Assembly: GCA_000043285.1 (NCBI GenBank) | Contig: BX248583.1 | Span: 630,001-662,000 of the forward strand | Length of the DNA stretch: 32,000 bases | Reading direction: 5' to 3' | From: Candidatus Blochmanniella floridana | Lineage (GTDB): Bacteria > Pseudomonadota > Gammaproteobacteria > Enterobacterales > Enterobacteriaceae | Shown here: piece after piece, positions 20,907-30,616 of the stretch | How positions within the stretch are numbered: position 1 is the stretch's first letter | Layout of the letters: the number at the start of each line of letters is the position of its first letter | Position numbers and translations under genes: made by a program | The notes under the pieces: model-generated | The model's input: only the letters and a program-made list of their open reading frames with translations | The model's database searches: none | Told to the model about the DNA's origin: nothing

Positions 20907-21842
20907 ATGCAAGCTAAAATTTTAAGAATTGCTACACGAAAAAGTCCGCTAGCTATTTGTCAAGCTTGTTATGTTTGTAATAAATTAAAACATTATCATC
21001 CACACATACAAACAGAATTAATACCCATTATTACAACAGGAGATACGTCCTTACACACTGTTTCCAAAACAAATAAAATTAAAAAAGGAGCATTTATCAA
21101 AGAATTAGAATATGCATTAATCGAACATCGAGCAGATATTGCTGTTCATTCCATGAAAGATGTTACAGTTTTATTACCAAAGGAATTAATCATCCCAGTA
21201 TTATGCAAACGACACGATCCCAGGGATGCTTTTGTCAGTATACAATATCCTAATATACACTCATTACCCACTGGAAGTATAATAGGAACATCCAGTCTTC
21301 GTAGACAATGTCAAATTCGAGCTCAACGTTCAGATTTAATATTACATGATTTAAGAGGTAACATAAATACTAGAATTAAAAAACTACATCAAGGCCAATA
21401 CAACGCAATAATTTTAGCTGTTGCTGGATTAACTAGACTAAAACTAACTAAATATATTCAAACATACATTGATCCGTCAGAACTTTTACCAGCTATGGGA
21501 CAAGGAGTTATCGCTATTGAATGTCGCATTAATGATATTAATACAATATCATTATTATCACCTTTATATCACAAAGAAACCTCTCTATGTATTAAATCAG
21601 AACGAGCTGTTACTACTTATTTAGAAAGTTACTGCCGTTTACCAATCGCCAGTTATGCTGAAATTCAAAACAATCAAATATGGTTAAGAGCATTAATAGG
21701 ATTACCAGATGGTAGTATCATTATTCGAACTGAAGGTATAGCTTCTTTAGATAAAGCAGAAGAATTAGGATTAAACTTAGCTAAAGATTTATTAATTCAA
21801 TTTAAAAAAAACACACATTTTGATATAAATTCAATAAAATAA
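20907..21842 (+). CDS. hemC: Porphobilinogen deaminase (hydroxymethylbilane synthase)
   Basis: 311 aa, colinear with E. coli HemC. Conserved blocks are LRIATRKSPLA, F.KELE.AL.E.RADIAVHSMKDV, DPRDAFVS, GTSSLRRQCQ, LRGN..TR..KL, YNAIILAVAGL.RL and the cofactor-Cys region CRLPIASYAE. Confidence 0.95.
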   Translation: MQAKILRIATRKSPLAICQACYVCNKLKHYHPHIQTELIPIITTGDTSLHTVSKTNKIKKGAFIKELEYALIEHRADIAVHSMKDVTVLLPKELIIPVLCKRHDPRDAFVSIQYPNIHSLPTGSIIGTSSLRRQCQIRAQRSDLILHDLRGNINTRIKKLHQGQYNAIILAVAGLTRLKLTKYIQTYIDPSELLPAMGQGVIAIECRINDINTISLLSPLYHKETSLCIKSERAVTTYLESYCRLPIASYAEIQNNQIWLRALIGLPDGSIIIRTEGIASLDKAEELGLNLAKDLLIQFKKNTHFDINSIK

Positions 21843-21867
21843 ATACATTATAAATATCCAATATTTA

Positions 21868-22611
21868 ATGAGCATTTTAATTACTCGTCCTACTCCTGAT
21901 GGAGAAGACTTAGTAGATCGATTGGTTTCTATTGGAAAATCTGCTTATCATTTGCCGTTAATATCTTTTTCTACAGGAAAAACTTTATTTTCTATCAAAA
22001 AATATCTTAATTTTCTTCATACAGGAGACTTTTTATTTATCGTATCTCAACATGCAGTAAAATACGCTCATATCCAACTCTTAAGTTCAGGAACGCAATG
22101 GCCTCATAAAATAACATACTATTCTATTGGACATAAAACTAGTTCAAAAATGTATTCTTTATCAGGAATATTATCGAAATATCCTCAAAATGAAGAAACT
22201 AGTGAAAATTTACTACAATTTCCCGAACTGATATATAATATATCCGGACGACGAGCTCTTATATTAAAAGGAAATAATGGATTGACTACTCTACAACATA
22301 CTTTGCAAAAAAGAGGTGCATTAGTCTTATGCTGTGAATGTTATACTAGAAAACCTATTCAATATAATGGAAAAGAACAATATAATCGTATGATTACATT
22401 GGATATAGAAATTATAGTAGTCACTACCACAGATATGTTAAAACAATTATATTACTTAATTCCACAATCCCATAGAACTGATTGGTTAATAACACGTCAA
22501 CTAGTAGTAACTAGTAATCGTTTAGCAGAATACGCAAAATCACTTGGTTGGTCTGACATTATAATTACAAAATCCGCCAACAACACTACCATATTAAGGG
22601 CACTCCAATAA
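21868..22611 (+). CDS. hemD: Uroporphyrinogen-III synthase
   Basis: 247 aa versus 246 in E. coli HemD. Shared blocks are MSIL.TRP.P.GE.LV.RL, SQHAV.YA, L.LKGN.G, CECY.R, VVT....L.QL..LIPQ and the C-terminal LRALQ. It lies 25 bp downstream of hemC. Confidence 0.9.
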   Translation: MSILITRPTPDGEDLVDRLVSIGKSAYHLPLISFSTGKTLFSIKKYLNFLHTGDFLFIVSQHAVKYAHIQLLSSGTQWPHKITYYSIGHKTSSKMYSLSGILSKYPQNEETSENLLQFPELIYNISGRRALILKGNNGLTTLQHTLQKRGALVLCCECYTRKPIQYNGKEQYNRMITLDIEIIVVTTTDMLKQLYYLIPQSHRTDWLITRQLVVTSNRLAEYAKSLGWSDIIITKSANNTTILRALQ

Positions 22612-22712
22612 ACTACACATTATATATTACTACATGTTTAATCTGTTAATCAGATAACAGCATACTTCTGTCATAACTTCAATATCACACAAAATTCCGC
22701 TATCAATCATCT

Positions 22713-22786
22713 TCGGCGAGAGAGGATTCGAACCTCCGACCTACTGGTCCCAAACCAGCCACGCTACCAAACTGCGCCACTCGCCG
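22713..22786 (-). tRNA. proM: tRNA-Pro (anticodon UGG), 74 nt, no encoded CCA
   Basis: The minus strand reads cggcgagtggcgcagtttggtagcgtggctggtTTGGGaccagtaggtcggaggttcgaatcctctctcgccga. The cloverleaf is close to E. coli proM. The anticodon loop is uuUGGga and the discriminator is A. The 3' trailer is AGA.., not CCA. Confidence 0.93.
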
Positions 22787-22798
22787 ATTTTTTAATCA

Positions 22799-22885
22799 TA
22801 CGAAGGAAGGGATTTGAACCCTTACGTCTACATACAAGACACTAACCCCTGAAGCTAGTGCGTCTACCTATTTCGCCACCTTCGC
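22799..22885 (-). tRNA. leuT: tRNA-Leu (anticodon CAG), type II with long variable arm, no encoded CCA
   Basis: The minus strand reads gcgaaggtggcgaaataggtagacgcactagcttCAGgggttagtgtcttgtatgtagacgtaagggttcaaatcccttccttcgta. The anticodon stem is ctagc/gttag with loop uuCAGgg, as in E. coli leuT. The acceptor stem closes with a G1-U72 wobble and the discriminator is A. The 3' trailer is UGA... Confidence 0.9.
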
Positions 22886-22915
22886 AAAAATATTAATCTC
22901 ATTTATTTTTATATG

Positions 22916-22989
22916 GGTGACTGATGGGATTCGAACCCACGACCACTGGAACCACAATCCAGAGCTCTACCAACTGAGCTACAATCACC
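22916..22989 (-). tRNA. hisR: tRNA-His (anticodon GUG) with genome-encoded G-1, no complete encoded CCA
   Basis: The minus strand reads g-gtgattgtagctcagttggtagagctctggattGTGgttccagtggtcgtgggttcgaatcccatcagtcac-c. The extra 5' G(-1) sits opposite the C73 discriminator, as in bacterial tRNA-His. There is a U5-G68 wobble. After C73 the sequence is CAU.., so only a partial CCA is encoded. Confidence 0.93.
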
Positions 22990-23059
22990 TTTAAAAATTA
23001 TCTTCTATCTTCCCTCTCAAAAAGAGAAAACAAATTTAACAATAATTTCTATCGATCCA

Positions 23060-23133
23060 TGCGCCCGACAGGGATCGAACCTGACACCTTTGCCTTCGGA
23101 GGGCAATGCTCTATCCAATTAAGCTACGGACGC
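23060..23133 (-). tRNA. argX: tRNA-Arg (anticodon CCG), no encoded CCA
   Basis: The minus strand reads gcgtccgtagcttaattggatagagcattgccctCCGaaggcaaaggtgtcaggttcgatccctgtcgggcgca. The anticodon stem is ttgcc/ggcaa with loop cuCCGaa, and there is a U4-G69 wobble. The 3' trailer is UGG... It is the first gene of the Arg-His-Leu-Pro cluster, the same order as E. coli argX-hisR-leuT-proM. Confidence 0.92.
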
Positions 23134-23429
23134 TAACATTATTGCAAGTCATAAATACAACAATTTTTTCTAAAATAATCTTTATATCTATAATAATCGT
23201 TAAAAAAACTTAATAACAAAAAACTTTATTCAATAACATAAAAACTATTATTTTTTTGCCCTTATTCTTCTCTAAAAAAGCATTACTAACACACCCAAAT
23301 ATCAGCAGCCACTAAATATGTCAAACCATAAACAATCTAATCCATAGAATGTAATATTGATTTATATCCTTTCATTTATTCATAATTAAAATTTTTATCA
23401 TATTATTTTATTTAATCATCAATCCTAAC

Positions 23430-24689
23430 TTAACAACGCTTCATCATATCAAAAAACTCATCATTAGTTTTAGTCATAGATAATTTATTCATCATAAACT
23501 CCATCGCATCTATCTCACCCATTGGATGAATTATTTTCCTTAAAATCCATATTTTTTGTAACTCATCAGGAGTAGTTAATAATTCTTCCTTACGAGTACC
23601 AGATCTATTATAATCAATAGCAGGAAATACACGCTTTTCAGCAATTTTTCTTGATAAATGTAATTCCATATTACCGGTTCCTTTAAATTCTTCATAAATA
23701 ACCTCATCCATCTTTGAACCAGTATCAATCAAAGCAGTAGCAACAATCGTTAAACTCCCTCCTTCTTCCATATTTCTGGCGGCTCCAAAAAAACGTTTCG
23801 GCCGATGCAAAGCATTAGCATCTACTCCTCCAGTTAATACCTTACCAGATGAAGGAGCTATAGTATTATAAGCTCTTGCTAATCTAGTAATAGAATCTAA
23901 CAAAACAATAACATCCTTTTTATGTTCTACTAATCTTTTAGCTTTTTCAATAACCATTTCTGAAACTTGGACATGCCGAGATGCAGGTTCATCAAAAGTC
24001 GATGCAATGACTTCTCCATGCACTAAACGTTGCATTTCAGTAACTTCTTCTGGTCTTTCATCAATTAACAAAACCATAAGTACACAATCCGGATAATTAT
24101 GACTAATACTTTGAGCAATATTTTGTAATAACATAGTTTTACCAGCTTTAGGAGGAGCCACGATCAACCCTCTTTGACCTCTACCTATAGGAGATGCTAA
24201 ATCCAATACTCTTGCTGTCAAATCTTCTGTTGAACCATTACCTCTTTCCATACGTAATCGAGAATTAGCATGTAAAGGAGTAAGGTTTTCAAACAAAATC
24301 TTATTACGAGCATTCTCCGGTTTATCATAATTAACATCATTAACTTTTAACAAAGCAAAATAACGCTCACCTTCTTTTGGAGGTCTGATTTTACCTGAAA
24401 TAGTATCTCCAGTACGTAAATTAAAACGCCTAATCTGACTAGGAGATACATAAATATCATCTGGTCCCGCCAAATAAGAACTATCGCTAGATCGAAGAAA
24501 TCCAAATCCATCTTGTAAAATCTCCAATACTCCATCTCCAAAAATATCTTCTCCAGTTTTAGCATGTTGTTTAAAAATCGCAAAAATAATATCTTGTTTT
24601 CGCATACGTGCCAAATTTTCCAACCCCATACTTTCCCCGAGTGTCACTAACTCAGAAACTGGTATATTTTTTAGTTTAGTAAGATTCAT
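23430..24689 (-). CDS. rho: Transcription termination factor Rho
   Basis: 419 aa, the same length as E. coli Rho, with roughly nine in ten residues matching my recollection of the E. coli sequence (not computed). It has an intact N-terminal RNA-binding domain ([46 protein letters not shown]), the Walker A motif APPKAGKT and [13 protein letters not shown]. Confidence 0.98.
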   Translation of the reverse strand: MNLTKLKNIPVSELVTLGESMGLENLARMRKQDIIFAIFKQHAKTGEDIFGDGVLEILQDGFGFLRSSDSSYLAGPDDIYVSPSQIRRFNLRTGDTISGKIRPPKEGERYFALLKVNDVNYDKPENARNKILFENLTPLHANSRLRMERGNGSTEDLTARVLDLASPIGRGQRGLIVAPPKAGKTMLLQNIAQSISHNYPDCVLMVLLIDERPEEVTEMQRLVHGEVIASTFDEPASRHVQVSEMVIEKAKRLVEHKKDVIVLLDSITRLARAYNTIAPSSGKVLTGGVDANALHRPKRFFGAARNMEEGGSLTIVATALIDTGSKMDEVIYEEFKGTGNMELHLSRKIAEKRVFPAIDYNRSGTRKEELLTTPDELQKIWILRKIIHPMGEIDAMEFMMNKLSMTKTNDEFFDMMKRC

Positions 24690-25057
24690 AATGACGGATT
24701 CTTAACTTGAGAAAAATTATTTTTTGATATTTACAGATATGCATGCAATATAATAATTTAGATATAACCTATTATCATGGTTTCAGAATACTCCGCATTT
24801 TTATTTACATTTATTCATAACTCTTCTATATATAAAAACAAAAAACTATATTTATTAAACACTACGCTCAATCACGCAAAACAAACAAAATCAACTTCAC
24901 GAATACAACCAATTATCCTAACATTAATTACATCAAACCTACAAATATTGTACTCTATACAATACAAACCCACTTCTCATTATAACTGAAACTATTATTT
25001 AAATCCACTAACGAAATAAATAAATTTATATATTATAACAAACAACAAATATAAATA

Positions 25058-25399
25058 TTATAAATATGTATTTATAAAATCTCTCAACTGATTTTTAGAT
25101 ATTAAACCTACTTGAGTAGACAAAACCACACCTTTTTTTATTAATAATAAAGTTGGAATACTTTTAATACCATAATGTTTAGTAGTAATAGGATTATTAT
25201 CTATATTTAATTTTATAACCTTTATTTTATCATTAAATTCATTAGCTATTTCTTCTATAATAGGAGCAATAATCTTACAAGGATTACACCAATCCGCCCA
25301 AAAATCAACCAAAAACAAAACATTATTCTCAATATTTATAGGATCTGAAACATGATCTGAAAAATTAGAATCTGTTAAACATAAAATAGGTTGGTCCAT
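25058..25399 (-). CDS. trxA: Thioredoxin 1 with a variant WCNPC active site
   Basis: 113 aa, colinear with E. coli TrxA (109 aa). Conserved blocks are LVDFWA.WC.PCK.IAPI..EIA.E, KLNID.NP, YGI.SIPTLLL.K.G and QL..F. The active-site codons on the minus strand are TGG TGT AAT CCT TGT (25291-25277), which encode WCNPC. Confidence 0.93.
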   Translation of the reverse strand: MDQPILCLTDSNFSDHVSDPINIENNVLFLVDFWADWCNPCKIIAPIIEEIANEFNDKIKVIKLNIDNNPITTKHYGIKSIPTLLLIKKGVVLSTQVGLISKNQLRDFINTYL

Positions 25400-25542
25400 T
25401 TTTAATTTCCCCTATGTATTAAATCATATAAATTAATATTTTAAATAAATTCTAACTAACACATATAGTAACAATATAAAACATAAAATTCATTATATTA
25501 TCATAAAATTTATTATAGCTTAAAAATAAATTTATATCTTAT

Positions 25543-27021
25543 TCAAAATGATAAACTAACCATATCTTTCATATAACTTCTTAATTGTACTCCAACTTTT
25601 TCAATAGGATGAGTCCGGATCATTTCATTAATATCTCTTAATAAAATATTATCTATATGCACAATATTATTAACATGTGATAAATCTAAATCTCCTCTTT
25701 TTAAATATGGAACGAATTCTTTTTTCAACAAAGGTAATACAAAATCACTAAATAAATAATTACCGTACTCTGCAGTATCAGAAATGACCATATTCATTTC
25801 GTACAATCTTTTTCGCGCTATAGTATTAGCAATTAACGGCAATTCATGTAATGACTCATAATATGCTGATTCTGGTTTAATACCAGATTTCACCATAATA
25901 TCAAAAGCTAATTCTACACTTGCTTTAATTATAGCAACCATTAAAACTCCATGGTCAAAATATGTTTGTTCTAAAATAGTCTCACAATATACTGGAGCTT
26001 TTTCAAATAATAACTGACTATTATTCTGACGATAACTTAATAATTTACAATCTTTATTAATCCAATCTAACATCATATTTTTAGAAAACGATCCATCGAG
26101 TATATCTTCCATATGTTTTTCAAAAACAGGGGTTAATATATTCTTTAATTGATCAGATAACTCAAAAGCACGCAATTTCGAAACATTTGATAATCTATCC
26201 ATCATTAATGTAATTCCTCCTTGTTTCAACGCTTCCGTTATAACTTCCCAACCATTCTGAACTAACTTACCTGCGTATCCAGAATCCAATCCATCTTCAA
26301 CCATTTTATCAAAACAAAAAATAGATCCAACTTGAAGCATACCACATAAAACAGTTTGTTCCCCCATAAGATCAGATTTCACTTCTGCTACAAATGATGA
26401 TTCCAATACTCCAGCTTTATTACTACCTATAGAACAAGCCCAAGATTTTGCTAATTCCATTCCTGTTCCATATGCATTATTCTCTTCATGAACAGCAATT
26501 AATGCAGGAACACCAAATCCTCTTTGATACTCTTGACGAACTTCTGTACCTGGACATTTTGGAGCAACCATAATAACTGTAATATCTTGACGAATTTTAA
26601 CTCCAATTTCAACAATATGAAATCCATGTGAATAACCTAAAACAGCTTTATATTTCATTAACGGTTCTATCTTTTGTATAAGCGATTCATGATACTTATC
26701 AGGAATTAAATTAATAACAAAATCTGCTTCTGGTATTAATTCATCATAAGTTCCTACAGAAAATCCATACTTCATAGCTCTAATATAAGATTGAGATTGA
26801 TTAATAATTGAATCTCGACGCAAAGCATATGTAATATTTAAACCAGAATCTCTCATATTTAATCCTTGATTTAAACCTTGTGACCCGCAACCAATTATAA
26901 CTATTTTCTTAGATAACAATGCTCGAACTCCATCTGAAAATTCATTTTTTTTCATAAGTCGACACTGACCAAGATGTTTTATTTTTTGTATAAAAGTTAA
27001 CTTATTAAAATAATTATTCAT
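25543..27021 (-). CDS. ilvC: Ketol-acid reductoisomerase (NADP+), class II long form
   Basis: 492 aa versus 491 in E. coli IlvC. Conserved blocks are [79 protein letters not shown] and [37 protein letters not shown]. Confidence 0.97.
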   Translation of the reverse strand: MNNYFNKLTFIQKIKHLGQCRLMKKNEFSDGVRALLSKKIVIIGCGSQGLNQGLNMRDSGLNITYALRRDSIINQSQSYIRAMKYGFSVGTYDELIPEADFVINLIPDKYHESLIQKIEPLMKYKAVLGYSHGFHIVEIGVKIRQDITVIMVAPKCPGTEVRQEYQRGFGVPALIAVHEENNAYGTGMELAKSWACSIGSNKAGVLESSFVAEVKSDLMGEQTVLCGMLQVGSIFCFDKMVEDGLDSGYAGKLVQNGWEVITEALKQGGITLMMDRLSNVSKLRAFELSDQLKNILTPVFEKHMEDILDGSFSKNMMLDWINKDCKLLSYRQNNSQLLFEKAPVYCETILEQTYFDHGVLMVAIIKASVELAFDIMVKSGIKPESAYYESLHELPLIANTIARKRLYEMNMVISDTAEYGNYLFSDFVLPLLKKEFVPYLKRGDLDLSHVNNIVHIDNILLRDINEMIRTHPIEKVGVQLRSYMKDMVSLSF

Positions 27022-27098
27022 AAAATGAAATTACCTCTCCATTTACAACTTTAAATTTATTGACTATATATAACATTACATTCTACTTATCATCTATT

Positions 27099-28643
27099 CT
27101 AAAGAAATTGAAATACTGGATTAGTAGTCACATCATGACATGTATACCCTAATTTAGATAAATGCTGATCAAATTCTAGTTCCTGATGAGATAATTCAAA
27201 TCCAGCTAAAACTCGACCATAATCCGTACCATGATTACGATAATGAAATAAAGAAATATTCCAATCAGTTCCTAAAGTATTCAAAAATTTCAATAATGCT
27301 CCTGGAGCTTCTGGAAACTCAAAACTAAAAATTCGCTCACGAAAAGACTGTAAAGAACGAGATCCCACCATATATCTAGCATGTAATTTAGCCATTTCAT
27401 TATCAGACAAATCTACAACAGGAAATCCATGATTAAGAATATTTTCTACTATACTATCTCGTTCACAACGTCCATTCTGTAAACGCACACCAATAAATAC
27501 ACAAACATTTTTAGATCCATTATAACGATAATTAAATTCTGTTACTGATTTATCTTCTAAAATTTTAAAAAATTCTAAAAAACTACCTTTTTTTTCTGGA
27601 ATAGTAACTACCATTAACGCCTCTCTTTGTTCTCCTAGTTCACAACGCTCTGAAATATATCTTAATTCATGAAAATTAATATTAGCCCCGGAAAGAACAT
27701 GTACTAATTTTTCTCCATGTATCGCATGTCGCTGAATATATTTCTTCATTCCAGCTAACGCTAACGCACCTGATGGTTCAGCTATAGCTCGAACATCTTC
27801 AAATAGATCTTTTATTGCAGCACAAATTGAATCATTATCTACAGTAATAACATCATCAAGATATTTTTGACACAAACGAAATGTTTCATGACCTATACAT
27901 CGTACTGCCACTCCCTCTGCAAATAATCCCACCTTACTTAAATATACTGGAAACCCAGCTTCCAAAGCTGCACATAAAGATGCTGATTCTTCTGATTCCA
28001 CTCCAATAACTTTAATTTTTGGCATAAGATATTTAATTAATACAGCAATACCTGCTGCTAATCCACCTCCGCCTACTGGCACAAAAATACGATCTAAATG
28101 CGAATCTTGTTGTAATAACTCCATCGCCACAGTACCTTGACCTGCAATAACAAACGGATGATCAAAAGGAGGAATAAAAGTCAAACAATTCTTATCAGCT
28201 AAATAAATAGCTTTAACTTTAGCTTCATCAAAATTTGATCCAAACAACAATGGTTTTCCTCCAAAATGACGTACTGCATCAATTTTTATATCAGCCGTAT
28301 TCACAGGCATTACAACTACAGAACTAATTCCTAAATGACTAGCTGAAAATGCCACTCCTTGGGCATGATTACCGGCAGAAGCTGTGATTACCCCAGACGA
28401 TTGTTGTTTTTCGGTAAGATTCGAAAGCATAGCATAAGCCCCACGTAACTTAAAACTATGTACTGGCTGTCTATCTTCACGTTTAACTAACACTATATTT
28501 TTAAGTCTACTCGATAACTTATGCATCACCTGCAACGGAGTAACTTGTGCAACTTCATATACATGAGAATGCAAAGCAATTTTCAAATACTCTGATGGAC
28601 ACATTTCCTGACAAGAAAATGATTCCTGATACTTCTTCATCAT
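27099..28643 (-). CDS. ilvA: Threonine ammonia-lyase, biosynthetic (threonine deaminase)
   Basis: 514 aa, the same length as E. coli IlvA. The PLP-Lys block is VKREDRQPVHSFKLRGAY. ITASAGNHAQGVAFS and VPVGGGGLAAG.AVLIK are conserved. The C-terminal regulatory domain is retained (EQREAL..VTIPE.KGSF, FEFPE.PGALL.FLNTLG..WNISLFHYR.HGTDYGRVLA.FE). Confidence 0.97.
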   Translation of the reverse strand: MMKKYQESFSCQEMCPSEYLKIALHSHVYEVAQVTPLQVMHKLSSRLKNIVLVKREDRQPVHSFKLRGAYAMLSNLTEKQQSSGVITASAGNHAQGVAFSASHLGISSVVVMPVNTADIKIDAVRHFGGKPLLFGSNFDEAKVKAIYLADKNCLTFIPPFDHPFVIAGQGTVAMELLQQDSHLDRIFVPVGGGGLAAGIAVLIKYLMPKIKVIGVESEESASLCAALEAGFPVYLSKVGLFAEGVAVRCIGHETFRLCQKYLDDVITVDNDSICAAIKDLFEDVRAIAEPSGALALAGMKKYIQRHAIHGEKLVHVLSGANINFHELRYISERCELGEQREALMVVTIPEKKGSFLEFFKILEDKSVTEFNYRYNGSKNVCVFIGVRLQNGRCERDSIVENILNHGFPVVDLSDNEMAKLHARYMVGSRSLQSFRERIFSFEFPEAPGALLKFLNTLGTDWNISLFHYRNHGTDYGRVLAGFELSHQELEFDQHLSKLGYTCHDVTTNPVFQFL

Positions 28644-28681
28644 GCTATCACACTCTATCTATCTTATTTTTATCTGTACCT

Positions 28682-30538
28682 TTACAATTGAGACCGATCC
28701 CGAACCGCACCGGTATCAGCACTAGTAACCAATTTAGCATAAGCCTTCAAAGAAAACGATACATCTCTATTTCTACAAGATGGAGTCCATGCTTTCGTTC
28801 CTCGAGATATTTCTATTTCATAACGATTTTTTAATACATAATCAGATACTTCTAATACAATACTACGCTTACTAATATTGATATTAATCATATCACCATC
28901 ACACACTAAACCGATTAAACCTGCTGATGCCGCCTCTGGAGATATATGCCCAACTGATAATCCAGATGTTCCTCCTGAAAACCTTCCATCTGTAATCAAA
29001 GCACAATGTAAATCCAAACCCATAGATCTTAAAAAAGATGTAGGATACAGCATTTCCTGCATACCAGGACCCCCTTTTGGACCTTCATATCGAATCACTA
29101 CTACATCTCCAGAACATACTTGACCAGTTAAAATAGCCTGAACAGACTCTTCCTGACTTTCATATACTTTAGCAGGTCCTCGAAAACTTTTTAACTCCGA
29201 AATAACCCCAGCTGTTTTTACTAGACACCCTTTTGGAGCTAAATTTCCATATAATACAGCCAGACCTCCATCTTGACTATAAGCATACTCTTGAGACCGA
29301 ATACAACCAGCAAAACGATCTATATCCAAAGAATTCCATCTATTATTTTGAGAAAACGGCTTAATAGTACGTACTCCAGCAGGAGCTGCCGCATACATCC
29401 TTTTTATTTCTAAATCCTGACATAATTTTATATCATACTGTCTTAACGTATCCAATAAAGATTTATTTAATATATTATATGTATTCTCATATAACAAACC
29501 ACAACGCTGTAACTCGCCAAGAATACCCATTACTCCTCCAGCTCTATGAAAATCCTCCATATAATAACGATCAGAATTCGGAGCTATTTTACATAAATGA
29601 GGAACCTTTCGAGATAAACGATCAATATCTTTCATAGTAAATGATATTTCTCCTTCTTGAGCAGCTGCAAGCAAATGTAAAACAGTATTCGTTGAACCTC
29701 CCATAGCAATATCTAACATAGCAGCATTTTCAAAAGCCATCTTATTCGCTATATTACGAGGTAATACAATAGAATTATCTTTTTCATAATATAATCGAGA
29801 TAAATTCATAATATACCGACCGGCATTTAAAAACATTTCTTTACGATCAAAATGTGTTGCTAATAATGATCCATTTCCCGGTTGTGCTAATCCTAAAACT
29901 TCCATTAAACAATTCATAGAATTCGCAGTAAACATTCCTGAACACGATCCACAAGTAGGACATGCCTCTAACTCAATCTGTTCCTTATCGATATCAGTAA
30001 TATTCGGATTAGCAGACGCAGTTATTGCATCAACTAAACTTAATTTAACATCACTACTATTATTATATCTAGACAACGTCACTGATCCTGATTCCATAGG
30101 ACCACCAGATACAAAAACAGTTGGAATATTTAATCTTAACGCAGCCATTAACATTCCCGGAGTAATTTTATCGCAATTAGAGATACACACCATCGCATCA
30201 ACACAATGAGCATTTATCACATACTCTACAGAATCAGCAATTAAATCTCTAGATGGTAAAGAATACAACATTCCACTATGTCCCATAGCAATTCCATCAT
30301 CAATAGCAATTGTGTTAAATTCTTTTGCAACTCCTCCATTAATATAAATCTCTTCAGAAACCAATTTTCCTACATTTCTTAAATGAACATGCCCCGGTAC
30401 AAATTGAGTAAATGAGTTAACCACAGCAACAATAATTTTATTAAAATCTCCAGAATTCATTCCTGTAGCCCTCCACAAAGCTCGGGCCCCAGCCATATTA
30501 CGACCTTGAGTAGTAGTAGAAGAACGATACTTAGGCAT
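28682..30538 (-). CDS. ilvD: Dihydroxy-acid dehydratase
   Basis: 618 aa versus 616 in E. coli IlvD. Conserved blocks are [95 protein letters not shown] and [21 protein letters not shown]. Confidence 0.98.
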   Translation of the reverse strand: MPKYRSSTTTQGRNMAGARALWRATGMNSGDFNKIIVAVVNSFTQFVPGHVHLRNVGKLVSEEIYINGGVAKEFNTIAIDDGIAMGHSGMLYSLPSRDLIADSVEYVINAHCVDAMVCISNCDKITPGMLMAALRLNIPTVFVSGGPMESGSVTLSRYNNSSDVKLSLVDAITASANPNITDIDKEQIELEACPTCGSCSGMFTANSMNCLMEVLGLAQPGNGSLLATHFDRKEMFLNAGRYIMNLSRLYYEKDNSIVLPRNIANKMAFENAAMLDIAMGGSTNTVLHLLAAAQEGEISFTMKDIDRLSRKVPHLCKIAPNSDRYYMEDFHRAGGVMGILGELQRCGLLYENTYNILNKSLLDTLRQYDIKLCQDLEIKRMYAAAPAGVRTIKPFSQNNRWNSLDIDRFAGCIRSQEYAYSQDGGLAVLYGNLAPKGCLVKTAGVISELKSFRGPAKVYESQEESVQAILTGQVCSGDVVVIRYEGPKGGPGMQEMLYPTSFLRSMGLDLHCALITDGRFSGGTSGLSVGHISPEAASAGLIGLVCDGDMININISKRSIVLEVSDYVLKNRYEIEISRGTKAWTPSCRNRDVSFSLKAYAKLVTSADTGAVRDRSQL

Positions 30539-30616
30539 TTTTATCTCACATAATAATAAAACTGTTTAATATAATTACTTGGACATAACATTACAAATAA
30601 ATTTTAATACAAACAA

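Noticed and set aside
22643-22660. Inverted repeat ctgtta-atcaga-taacag between hemD and tRNA-Pro, considered as a bidirectional terminator
   Set aside because: The stem is only 6 bp and mostly A/T, and no U tract follows it on either strand. Such palindromes arise easily by chance at this composition.
24347-24583. 78-aa ORF on the minus strand in an alternative frame within rho
   Set aside because: It is fully embedded in the highly conserved rho frame and has no independent support.
24777-24989. 70-aa ORF on the plus strand in the rho-trxA spacer
   Set aside because: It has no SD upstream (..cctattatcATG), a low-complexity product and lagging-strand orientation, and it sits in what should be the rho 5' leader and promoter region. 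It is not credible as a gene.
24690-25057. Possible rhoL-type leader or rut attenuator upstream of rho
   Set aside because: I found no short leader ORF resembling rhoL. The minus-strand RNA of this spacer is G/U-rich and not C-rich, so it lacks rut-like composition. Autoregulation cannot be supported from the sequence.
28547-29123. Two plus-strand ORFs (95 aa at 28547-28834 and 81 aa at 28878-29123) antisense to ilvA/ilvD
   Set aside because: They are antisense to strongly conserved coding sequence. Long antisense frames are expected in the less AT-rich, codon-biased ilv genes. There is no motif support.
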